Assembly: GCA_965649825.1 (NCBI GenBank)
Contig: OZ287698.1
Coordinates: 387,949 to 451,948, forward strand
DNA from: Penicillus capitatus
Lineage: Eukaryota; Plantae; Chlorophyta
Direction: 5' to 3'
Length of the DNA: 64,000 bases
Shown here: positions 24,731 through 38,245 of the stretch, in pieces
Layout: each line of letters begins with the position of its first letter
Position numbering within the stretch: position 1 is the first letter of the stretch
Translations under genes and position numbers: made by a program
Notes under the pieces: model-generated
What the model was told of the DNA's origin: nothing
The model's database searches: none
The model's input: the letters and a program-made list of their open reading frames with translations, nothing else

Positions 24731-25705
24731 ATGTTCTGCACAACTCTTAAGGTTTCTCCCGCCAGCACGCGTCTATCTCCAGATCTCTCTGCACGGAGAG
24801 GAGTCGCCGCGAGAAACAGAACGGCGAAGACGGCAGCCGTGCCGTGGAGCGAAAGGGAGAAACACGTTGAATTCAGCAACAGCGAAGGAAACACTCTTGT
24901 CGGTGACGTTGTGGAGTCTGCCTCCTCAGACACCGTCGTCTTGTGCCATGGCCATCGACGCAATAGAAACGAGAATCTGCTTCGTTCTCTCGTGGAGCGA
25001 CTTGACACAGAAGGGATATCCTCATTGCGATTCGATTTCTCTGGAATGGGCGAAAGTGGAGGACCGGTAAGATTTGCCAACCTGCGGACGGAGACGGAGG
25101 ACATCCGCAGTGCAGTCGAATACCTGAGAAGCGAAGGGCGAGAGATCGTTGGATTGATCGGTAACGACAGGCTTAACATTTCTGCTGATGAAATCGTCTG
25201 CAGGTCACAGTCGAGGCGCACTCAATGCGTTGCGGTATGCTTCGCTCTATGATGACATTCCCAGAGTTATCAGTATTGCCGGCTCTATCGTTTCTGGCAT
25301 TCGAGGTTTTAAGATGGAGCCTTCGGAAATAGAAGCTCGACTCGAGCGAGATGGTAAGATCGAAATTAAGGCAACTCAAGCAGATGGGAGAGTTTTAACG
25401 AACTCCTTCTCGAGAAAGGTAGACGTCAAACAAAGCGACAAAGGAATGTGATTGGTTCAATTCAGGACGTGGAGAGGCTGAAAGGTATTGATACGGAAGA
25501 GGAATGCAAGAGGATCGTTAAAACGAAGGTGCTTTCCATCGCCGGGACGGAAGACAATGTTATTTTCCCTCCCGGTGCGACACTCACTTTTGACCGATGC
25601 ATTCGGCAACATGAAATGTTATTTATTGACGGCGCGGGACACTACTTCGCGGATCCCAAGCATCTACAGATGATGGTGGACAAATGTGTGGCGTTTTTGT
25701 CGTGA
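24731..25705 (+). CDS. Alpha/beta hydrolase (plant-type), copy 2
   Basis: Same motifs (GHSRG, IAGTED, FIDGAGH); paralogue of 23160-24131. Confidence 0.85.
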
Positions 25706-25856
25706 CATTGTGACAGTCCTCTCTCTTCCCTTTTTCGAATTCATCTCTTTATTCATCTGACCCGCGACCGTAGTGAAAAGTGCGAATGCATTAAATAGGT
25801 CGACGCCAGAATCAGTGTTTCAACATGCCTCGCTGACGGATCCGTCAGCTTTCTAG

Positions 25857-27808
<1,952 letters not shown>

Positions 27809-27976
27809 CTCCTTCGTACAAGACGACCTCGCAAACACGCGTCGTCGATGTGACGTCGAACCCCGAAACCTTTTACAGTCAGTCTTCTCTCATGGCCAGA
27901 TTATCAATCCTGTGCACGGATGACAGAGTGTGTACAGACAGAGAATCTATGGACGAAGACAGCCACACCCGCACTT

Positions 27977-28347
27977 TCACTTTTTCTTGTCTCTAATCGC
28001 CTTTTTCCTCCCCATCCGGGACAGACGAATGACCTGTGAATTGTACGGAATGCAGGGCAGGCCGGGTGCTCATGCCGCACCTCATATTCAGTCAAAGCGC
28101 CAACTCCTTGTTCGTTGTACTTCTTTACGAGTTCCTTTAGCGTCGGCTGCTTCGTCAGAAGCTTCCACACGAAGTCAGGATAGGCGTCGTCGGGAAGGAT
28201 GGCTGGATCGGCTTGATTCTTTAGAAAGGCACAAGGAACGACGTTCTCTGCTTTCTTGGCGTCCTCCGAAAACGATCGCGACCAGACACGCCTCCAATTG
28301 CCAACACGCGACGCCGCTTTGCTCAGACGCCATGGATGGAACAGCAT
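27977..28347 (-). CDS. MRPL54: Mitochondrial ribosomal protein mL54 (yeast L37); one intron
   Basis: Presequence-like N-terminus; KNQADPAILPDDAYPDFVWKLL...PTLKEL; after splicing ends VIRLSRMGRKKAIRDKKK*. Confidence 0.75.
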
Positions 28348-28408
28348 CGACGGACTGCGTTCACGTAATCGTCAACGGCATCATCTCTCATTTGAGTCTC
28401 GTCCCACC

Positions 28409-29002
28409 ATGGCTATCAAGTTTTTGCTGATGGTGAACAAACAGGGGCAGACGCGTCTGGCTAAATACTTCGACGAGTTTCTCAGTGTCGACGAGAGGCG
28501 TGTCCTCGAGGGCGAAATCGTTCGAAAATGCCTCGCCCGTACAGACAAACAAGTAACAGACACCGGCCCTTTGCTCTATCCTTACAGCCGACTGCCTCCC
28601 AGTGTTCCTTCATCGAGCATCGCAGATACACGATCGTCTACCGAAGATACGCCTCTCTTTTTTTCCTAGTCGGTATAGACGAGGAAGAGGTGCCGTCCTT
28701 CTGCTGATAGCGACCTCTTCTTCGATGTCCTCTTGTGCCAGAATGAGTTGGCGATTCTTGAGTTTATTCACGCCGTGGTGGAGGTGTTGGACAAGAACTT
28801 TGCACACGTCTGTGAACTGGACATCATGTACAACATCGAAACGGTACTGACTCATCATGGATATGTTTCCTCTCTACTAAGCTCGAGACGTCAGGTGCAT
28901 TTTATACTGGATGAGATGTTGTTGAACGGATGTGTCGTGGACATCAATCAACAGAACGTGCTCGCTCCTGTCAAACTCATCGATCGCGTTGTAAAGGAAT
29001 GA
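28409..29002 (+). CDS. AP4S1: AP-4 complex sigma subunit; three ~50-nt introns
   Basis: MAIKFLLMVNKQGQTRLAKY, EGEIVRKCLAR, YRRYASLFF, NELAILEFIH, VCELDIMYN, HFILDEM. Confidence 0.93.
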
Positions 29003-29802
29003 AACATTGCTTGCATAAGATCAACGTGTAAGGCATGGATTCGGAAAGTGTGGTCGATCGTCGTCATGCATCGCATCTTATCGACGATGATGCCCGAAAT
29101 GTCCTTCATACACTCGATGGTTCGTTCCGGAATAAGGACATGTAGGTCTCGAACTTTGCTCATCTGGATGAGGGCCGCTTCTCTAGAAGGGAATACGCGA
29201 AAACGGCAGACGTCTAATCATGTCGTACCGCAACACCTCGTTCGACAAAAGATGTGCGCGTTGTGAATGAAAAGACGCCTTCGTTTCATTATGACGTCGT
29301 ATAAGACCTAAATGTGTTCTCGCAATGAGCTCTGTGCGCCCTCAAATGTTTAAGCTTTTTGGGAGGTTCTGTACTTTCTCTGAACACGCTTTTCTCGATG
29401 TTCCCACAACTGAGGTTCGGATCCTGACTTTCGTGGGTATTCAAAGATGAAACTGCTGTGCTCTTGCCGAGGCTACGAAGAGACGCATAGCTGCGGGACT
29501 TTCGTAGTATGTGAAAAGTATGCAAGAAATATAAATGTGTTCTCGAGAGACATAGCATATGTTGATCGTTGCATAATGTGTAATCAATCCTCAATAATTC
29601 TTCTGGGGACACGGATTGTATCACAGTAATTTGGTGATGGCAATAAATCGTCTGTCGCTGCCTCGTCGCAGAAACGAACGGTAAACCAAACGATCTTACA
29701 AGAAGCGATCGTGAACAACGTCATTATCCTTTATGCGAGGATGTAAGTGATATCGTCAATATAGATGTTTTTGATTGTGGAGACATTGACACTGAAAACA
29801 GA

Positions 29803-32800
29803 TCACCCAGAAAGTTCCAACATCTTGACACCGCCCTGCTTGGCGATCTTGATGAAGACCTCCTCGAGAGTGACGGTGGAGACACCCCAATCCTGAACCT
29901 CGATACTGCCATGTAAGGCATCCACAAAGCGGAAGACTTCAGAAGCCGCAACGTCACTCAGCGGCAAATCGTACTTCACAGTTCCGGACAGCCGATAAGA
30001 CTCGACGGCGTTCGGAAAGCGTTCCTTGACAAGAACGGCAGCCCGTTCGACAAATGCCGGTGCAGTGATGAGCGTGAAGACGAGGTAACCTCCGTAGCGC
30101 TGCGTCAGGGACTTTGGATTGCCGATCACCTCGAGCCTCCCGTCCACGAAGATGCCCAGTCGATCGCACAGCACCTCCGCCTCCTCCATGTTGTGCGTCG
30201 TCAGGATAATCGCCTTGTCCTGCTTGGCCTGCTTGACGACCTTCCACAGGTTGCGGCGCGAAGCGGGATCCAGTCCGGTGCTGGGCTCGTCCAGGTAGAC
30301 CACTCTGGGACTGCCGATGAAGGAGATGGCGACGGAGAGGCGGCGCTTCATGCCGCCGCTGAACTTCTTGACCTGCAGCTTCGACACGCCTCCGTGGAAG
30401 AGGTTGACGGCCTTGAGGGCGTCCTCCGCCGCGCGCTTCAGCTCCGAGTTCTTCAGACCCTTCAGCCTTCCGTAGAACAGCATGTGTTCGAATCCCGTCA
30501 GCGTCTCCCACAGCAGGTCGTGCTGCGGACAGACGCCCATCTGCGTGTAGAGGGTCTTCATGTCCTGGGCGATGTCCAGGCCCTCGATGTGCGCCTCCCC
30601 GGACGTGGCGCCGAGGAATCCGATCAGCATGTTGATCGTGGTCGTCTTTCCTGCTCCGTTGGGCCCCAGCAGTCCGAAGACCTCTCCCCTCTCCACGGCG
30701 AGGCTCAGGCCTCGGACGGCCACCTTCTCCGGGACGCCCTCCGCTGCCGGGAACACCTTCCTCAGGTCTCGCAGGATGATGGAGTGTTGCGCGGCCTCCT
30801 CTTCAGTCATGTTCTCGACGCGCTGGCGCTCAGCCGCGACCTCTTCCGTCTCGTCCACGATTTCGATGCTGTGGATGCTGCTACTCGCTATCAGTGGAGT
30901 CATCACAGGTGCTTCGCCCTGCACACTTGTTCTTCCTGGCAGGCTTGTCTGTCTGTCTGACGTTTTTACTGCAGATGGCTTGGACTTCTGAATGTATCCC
31001 AGGAAGAACAGTGGATGTTGTTTTACTCCAGATCCTTGGACAACCTTGAAACATTCACTGTTCTTCCAATGATCTCACGATTCGCGCTTACTTGTTCAAA
31101 ATACCACGCCAGAACAAGGAACACTGGCCATTCGAACAGCAACACCAGCAAAACATATCGCATGTGATTGTTATCCTCATCGAACTCTGACCAGTCCAAA
31201 CCTTCAGCGTTCGCATATGACGCTCGAAATCCGTACTCTCCGAACTCGTAGAATCCCCTAAACAGCCATTGATAGCTCATTATGCATACGAGTCAGGTCA
31301 ACCTGTAGACTGCAAGGGCAGGGATTAGTTCAATGAAGTAGACGTATGTGAACTGTCGGGGGATCAATGGGTCCAGTAGGAAGGTCCCAATGAAACCAGA
31401 GCCAAAGATCCAGAGAAATGAGAACACCACACATCCCTTCGACGAATGAAAAAAGTTACTGATGGCAAAGAAGAATGCAATCTGCGTATTTCCAAGCAGC
31501 AGGAGAAAGACAAACATTACCCCTAGATACACACACCAGTCTTTTCATTCACTTCTTGTCACGGCGCTGACTACCATAGCTGTTCTTGGTGAAGATGGCA
31601 AGATCGATGAGCACCCCACAGGCAACGAAGACCAAGATGTACAGCACATACAGGATCAGGAAATAGATATAGTTGACGATCCAGTAGGCTATTCTTCCGA
31701 GACCGTGCATCTGCATCATGATTTTCAAGTTCTTGCTTCTTTCCTCCACCAGCTGCACGAGGATCAATGGCATCAACAGCTGCGCGATCCAAGTGGACAG
31801 TAACTCAGCCAGCAGACTTGCCACAGGGATAGATAGCTTCGTGGCCACCTTTGGCGTTTCTTGCACTCCAAGAAGGTGGCTGCGGTAGCTGTCATCTCCC
31901 AGAGAGTACTTCATCCAGGCATCGGATATCATGTTCATCACTGCCGGAACTCGCCTGCGTTGAAAAGTGTCGCTGCCTTCATCCGTTTCCAAGCCCCAGT
32001 TCCATCGATAGAAGTCCACATCGAGTGCCCGCTGATTCGTTGATTTGAAGTCAAAGGCTTGGCCAAATTTGTCTTCTTCCTGAAAGCTCCAGATGTCAGT
32101 CTCTGTTCCTTGCTCTTCCGCTATGGCATCGCACTTCGCCTCTTCCCAACTGCAGTAAAGAAAGCGGTCGATCTCGCTGGGTGTCCTCGACAACCATTCC
32201 ACTTGTGCACAAGAAGACAGACCTGAACACACAGACAGATGTCGGGGACTGTCTCGTCGCTACTTGGGGCACCTGTTAAGCTTTCGTAGAATCCGGTGTC
32301 GCTTCTGAAGCTGTCCGCAACTGCTGCCAGTCCTTCATTCACCTGCTCCACGACTTTCTGGACATTCGCGTCCGAGCAGTTATCTACACCGAACTGACAA
32401 CTTTGCAGGTACTGTAATATTATTACAGTACCTGCTACAACGAAAAGTTCTCGACGAAAGAAAGTTGAATCGATGAAATTCATGTCGTCGGGTTCTACGC
32501 CACTACCGAAGATCACTCCAGACGATCCGAAAACTTCTCCTATGTGTTGAACTCTCACCTGTACCACAAGCCTCGAAAAACGACACCAAGAAGAAACCGA
32601 CTTCATCTCCAATCTCAGGTCCTTCGACCGACATCTCGCGCAGCATTCGATCTTGCATGACCCGTTCTACGCTCTTGTCGTCGGCATGGATGAAGAACAC
32701 CACACTTGGCGCCCACGCGCGTGCGCGATCTGATCTTTTTGGGATGCTGATGGAGGGAGGCCAAACAATGGGTTCCTCGACTTCGCAGAAGAAGGCCTGG

Positions 32801-33240
32801 TCTGCATCGGAATACTGAATTCCACATTCGTCGTCGTCGTACCGACGGCACTCTTCCATCGGGTAATCACACTGCGAGGATGCATCAGCTTTGCGGCATT
32901 GACGACCCCAAGTAGTACAACAGAGAACGCACATGCATCCACACTACATGGCATTGTTCTCACACTTCTGCTCACACTTTTTGGGGCACGTCTAAGAGGC
33001 TTACTCTGTTGTCGCGATCTTCGAGAGCGTCGTCTACTAGCCTCTGCAAACCGTAGAGGGAAAGGATGAAGAGTACAGGAACGACAATAAAACAGCAGTT
33101 CATGCAGGCGCGTCTTTTCTGATAGACAGCATTCTTTCGGACGATAGCATTGAGTTGCATGCCAACAGAAGTAGCAGCTCCCTGAAGAAAACAATTAGAC
33201 CTCCATCAGCAATAGCAGAAGAGGTACTGACGCGCGTCAT
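29803..33240 (-). CDS. ABCA-family half transporter, paralogue 2
   Basis: Same domain order as paralogue 1; NBD near-identical, TMD and C-terminal tail diverged. Confidence 0.9.
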
Positions 33241-34612
33241 TGTAAAGAGCTCCGCCTATTGCTTAACGGCTATCCACTGGCGTCGACGAAACAATGAAGG
33301 GGTTGCGGAATTGTTCAGAAGGTGAATGGGATCATTAAATAAAGCGCGAACTGACAAGGAGAGTCAATGACAAAGTGTTGTATGCATACGGAATCCACGT
33401 CAGCGTAGATTCAACAGGAAACGACTTCCTGCCTGTCATGTCCAGAATGGCCTGTTCGAGGTAAGTCCCGACCAACGTGGCTTTTCCTTCGACGACATAG
33501 GTAGAGAGTGTCTGCTGATGGATAACATATGCTGCCATTTAAGGGTCAGATTTGTCATTGGCTGATGCGTCGGTCCCACTTTCAGCAGATTTTGGAGTAT
33601 AGCAAGTTGATGCTTTTGCTCTATATCAGTTCCCTGCGGTCATTCGTCACTTCGACGACTGATGAGCCAAACACTCAGCAATGAAGCAAAATGACAAGAC
33701 ATTATTAATCTTGTATCGGTGTGTGTCTGCATGCATGCAGGTAAAGCACTTTATTGTCGCCGTCGTTGTTGATCGCTGTTTTTTCATTCTGTTTGTTTTC
33801 TTGTTTAAAAAGTATCCAAACACTGTGATCCCATCGCGATGAATTGTTTGAAATAACGAGGTTGCAGCGTTTTGTTAAAAAGGCGCCATTCACACAAGCT
33901 AGGGTCTTCTTTTGTACAAACAGGTCATTTCATCGTATTCACTCTTCGACACATCCATCAAATCACTGGATCCTCCGATCGACAGTACAGATCTTCTTTC
34001 TTCATTCGATAACAGAGAACGCCACTTCAGACTGAATAAATCAAAAGCAGCAGGAACGTTTAAAGGAAACCAACAAACAAGCAATGATGCACATCCATCA
34101 CACCAGATCTGTGTGGTAGTTGTACATTCTACATACATATCCTTCAGTGGACAAACAAACGAACGAACAAACAAGAGATCAATTATCCAGAAAAGAGATA
34201 TACTGCACAAGTTCTCAACCCTGATGCTTACCAACCATGGCGCGGAACCAGTGAAGATAACAGGAAGAACGACGATCGTCGAAGTGCCCCAAACAAGACG
34301 TCGAATACACCGCGTGTGATTGCGACGGAAACCAACGTCCGTTGAGAGGTAACAGACGACATTTTCCCAAGAAGCAGTAGGCTTGAGTAGGTTTGCAGTC
34401 AGGCACACTGTCGCAGAAGTCTTAAAACAGTTGCTGTAGTCTTGAACAGCTGCTTGGAGAATGACATAAGTTTAAGTAGATGAGCTCGTTATTAGGAGCG
34501 TTACGGTCTAACACGACACGGGCCCACCTATCTTCTTTCTAATCTCCGAAGGAAGTCACGATGGGCATTGTATAGCGTCGAACCATTGGGCAGACAGATA
34601 TCCTATCGGTGG

Positions 34613-34834
34613 TGTCATGGTGATGAAGGGCTGAAGGGGAATGAATGGTTCAAGAAATGCCTCGTTATCATAAGAGGCAATGATGGCTAGCAGTTATTAA
34701 TATCCTCGTCAAATCAAAACCTACTACACGTCAAATCAAAACCAACATTATAAAAGGAGGGTTCATGTCACATTTCACGTCTTTGTAGGAAACTTTGTTG
34801 TGTTTTCCACCGACACGTACTTACCCCCCTATCA
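34613..34834 (+). mobile_element. Solo-LTR-like insertion, family B
   Basis: TGTCA...TATCA; inverted homologue of 35434-35673; flanks GTGG/GTCG. Confidence 0.7.
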
Positions 34835-35433
34835 GTCGTCACTATGTCTCTCGACTACTACACACGGATATACTCATTTGGAGTATAGTTTAAAGTCGAG
34901 ACGGTCGGCCAGCTTCGAGTTGTACCACGAGACCTCTGCTCCCACGTCAATGAGACGGATCTTGACTTTCTTGTGGTGCCTCTCTTTGGTTTGCTGATGT
35001 GCGTTCACTATTCGTTGATACGCCAATCTTCGGTCCGTATAAAGTTGTTGTCTACTAGTTGCGGCGCCGTTCCGTTGTGTGCCAGTCAGAAGGTACTGTG
35101 GACAAAACAAGAGTCGTACTGTGGATCGATCGGTTGATCTCATGTATGCTCGTGCTCACATGTGTCGTTCAATCACCTCTCTCTTCCGCCCATATCCTCC
35201 TGAGTCGATTTACGAGGTTTCGGTTGAATGCCTCGACAGTGTCCGCGCTTTTGTGGGAATAGGTTGGTGTATGTAGAAGATCTATTCCGTGCTGCGCTCA
35301 GGTACTATCGAAGCTCCTGGCAATGAAGGCACTTCCGTTGTCGCACAGGATCCTCTGTGGAGCTCCAAATTTTCGTGTCCATTCGAGTACCAGCTTAATA
35401 GCCTGTGGTGCTGAGCACGTCTTGCATGGGTAC

Positions 35434-35673
35434 TGATACATGTAAGTACGTCACGGTAAAAGACGCAGCAACAAAGTTTCTTACAAGGATGATCAATGTG
35501 ACAATAATCCTCTTTTTATAGTGTTGGGTTTAATGTAACGTGTAGTAGGTTCTGATGTAAAGTATGGTAGGTTTTGATTGACGCGGCCATTAATAGCTGT
35601 TGGCCATCAGTGCCTCTTACGATGATAGGGCATTTCTTGGACCATCATTTTTCAGCTCTTCGACATCGTGACA
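35434..35673 (-). mobile_element. Solo-LTR-like insertion, family B, inside the integrase
   Basis: Removing it plus one 4-bp flank (GCAC/GTAC) restores the in-frame TKFGVGHPCKTCS, collinear with TKFGTAQASKTCS at 63.85 kb. Confidence 0.8.
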
Positions 35674-37020
35674 GTGCCCCACGCCGAACTTAGTGAAAGC
35701 GTCGATCCCGGTAGCAATATACCGAAACAATGGCTACCACGGTTCAGCAGTCCAATAAAGTCTAGACACAGTGTGTGGTTCGGAAATGGACTGTCAGTCG
35801 TACCCAGGTCCACCTCCGATCGTGGGTTGCGAAACATTTGACACGTCTCGCAGTTATTATTGACGTAATTTCGCACGCCATTGAAGTCGTTCGCGTCGGA
35901 CCGCAGGTTCAGGAAAGTCTTCCTTACCCCGAAGTGGCCTGCATGAGCTCGGTTGATGAGCGTGGTCCGTTCATACGGACCGAGGGATACGGAGTTACCT
36001 TATATCCCTGTTGCTTCTTCTTGATGTGGAATTCGACAGGTGCGTTGTCTCTCCACTGGCTGAGAAGGTCAGCTATCACGTTTTCCTTCCCTTGTACAAA
36101 ACAGAAGTGGAGACGATTATGGGAAAAGTGCTACCGGAGCCAGCAATGTTGTCTCTGGATCCACAGGTCCTTGAATTTGAGCAAGAAGGTCGGCTCCTTG
36201 AGCTAAATGACCGTCGCCATGTTGTCGGGGTATACGAATATCTCCGTCTGCTTGATCATAAAGTAGCATTTGCTCAAGGCCCGTACTATTCCAATCAGTT
36301 CTCTCAAAAAACTTCCAAGCCTTTGTTTCGTCGAAAAGGAGCCAAAGAGAACAACAGGTTGTAAGGTCGAGTTCAGCAAGACGTACCCGAACTGGTTCTG
36401 TTGGAGATTAGATATACGAACTACCGTGGGCAACCATCGCGACTGTTGCGCGTCTCAATAACCATCTAGGCGCCTCCAAGCCTTGGAGAGCGACGGATGA
36501 ATGCCCTTGTCGCAACTGTCTCATAAAAGTAGAGAGGTGGTTGTCAGGTGCAAAGACAAGTTCGCGGCTGTTGGAAGTAAAGGTTAGGAATACTTAACCA
36601 TCGGTGGTATTTAAAGAAGACATCCTCTTTATAATTAATCTAGTATTCTGTGATATCACTTGAGCGTTCGTTGGCGACGTCGTCGCGTGCTGAGTCGACT
36701 CTAAGTTTCTCTCAGTGTTTACATCGATCCCAACAGGTTCAAGGGGTTATCACACCAATTCGTATACAGATGGAAAGGCCCCCGTGTTTCCAACGTCAAT
36801 CGGTACGTATTGAGGAACAAGGTTTGAACTGCGTCCTTGTAGATCTCGTCAGCCTTGGTGTAGTCATTGTGTTCGCGTTTCAGAAACGGCTTGAGTTGTG
36901 TGACGATCGAGTCGTATTTGTAACAGTATTGTGCCAATTGTTGGCATAGACCCATGGCCTTCTGAACGACGTGAGGCGATGTGATTGTCCGGCAGCTTCT
37001 GGAGTATAGCCTGGGCTCTG

Positions 37021-37280
37021 TGTCACCGGTCGGGCCGAACGAAGACGAACTGGACAGCAGAAGACTCTTACAAGAAATCGGAGCAAGGTCCTGAATGTTT
37101 AGAATGCTCAGAGTGTGTCATTAAGTATGCGCGTGTGACAAGACGTCCTTATGCAGGTGAGTCAGCATGCTGCCAAAACCACAGAAAAAGGGCCTTTTGA
37201 CCCGCATGACAAGACAGGCAGCACCCCCTAGCACGGCTGACCCCCACAGAACAAGACAGTCGTCACATCGCCCGGCGACA
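37021..37280. mobile_element. Solo LTR, family A, inserted in the old Ty3 pol
   Basis: TGTCACC...GGCGACA; TSD CTCTG. Confidence 0.9.
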
Positions 37281-37878
37281 CTCTGTGGTAGGGGTTTAAC
37301 GTCCCGCCACCGAGCTCGGTACCCAGAAAGCTCCGGAGTCTCAAACCAGTCGCACTTTTGACAGTTGATCGTGAGGCCATTTTCGTTGAAACGTTTCAAT
37401 AAACGCTTAGTCTTGTTGAGGAGTTTGTCCTCCGATTTGCCGCCGATAAGTACGTCGTCGAAGTATTGTATAACATCCAGGTCCTGTAAAATGTGGGTCA
37501 TGCGGTTATTGAAAAGTTCTGGGCTGACGTTAACGCCTTGTGGCAGTCTCCGAAAGCCGTACGTTACGCCGTCCCAATGCAGTGCAAAGAAAAGCGAAAT
37601 TATCTCATCTTTCAACAAGGGTTCGATCTGTATAAGAAGTCGAACCAGGCTTGATGCCTGCTATACAAGGATGCGTGGGGGTTTGTCGCATCCTGCACTT
37701 TTCTGTCATTTTTCAAAATTAACTAACGCGTCAATCGGTATGGATCCGTATCTGTGAACAATGTCCACTATCGTGTATACGGTCCATTTGGGATCCACCT
37801 TCTGGATGATGTTGGCTACCGGAATGGTGGTCCCTCCTTAAGTTCCTTTAAAGTAAGTGTCGATGTCGCGGAAGTCAA

Positions 37879-38145
37879 TGTGGCCGGTCGGGTCGGACGC
37901 AAAACGTAAAAGAGCGGAAGACTTCTGAAGTTTACAGAGCAAGGTACGGAATGGTCAGAATGCGTCCTTATATACCCACGTGATGACACGACGTTCCTAG
38001 GCAGATGAGTCAGCCCGCATGCAGAGCCAGAGAAAAAGGCCCTTTGTAGAGAACGGACCCCCTCTGACATGACAACAAGCGTCTCGGAACCAAATGCACC
38101 CCTTCTGCACGAGACCGTCAAATCGCCATGGGAATCTTGGCGACA
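37879..38145. mobile_element. Solo LTR, family A, inserted in the RT motif RPTIDFRDI
   Basis: TG...GCGACA; TSD GTCAA; removal restores the host motif. Confidence 0.9.
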
Positions 38146-38245
38146 GTCAATGGTGGGCCGGTGTCGCGTTATCGACGAACGATGCTAATACGACGAAGGC
38201 TTGTTGGTAACAAAGACTATTGTAACGTTCATGAGTTCGGAATAT

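Larger units (their letters stand above)
22865..25727 (+). repeat. Tandem duplication: units 22865-24153 and 24436-25727, unique ~280-bp spacer
   Basis: The first ~480 bp of the units look identical; downstream parts are a mosaic of identical and diverged blocks. Offset is ~1571 bp. Confidence 0.95.
34409..38240 (-). mobile_element. Degenerate Ty3/gypsy retrotransposon (RT, RNase H, integrase remnants) with a 110-bp 3' LTR at 34409-34518
   Basis: RPTIDFRDI, FRRLPQGVNVSP, YFDD, YPDN, CETC, LCLDFIG and ILCDNGSAF, broken by stops and insertions. PPT-like AGATTAGAAAGAAGATAGGTGGG precedes TGTCG...CGACA. Related to the element at 60-64 kb. Confidence 0.9.

Noticed and set aside
34613-35673. MITE/DNA transposon bounded by ~220-bp terminal inverted repeats
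   Set aside because: The DNA between them is continuous host integrase, and each repeat has its own TG...CA ends and flanking duplication, so these are two independent solo-LTR insertions.
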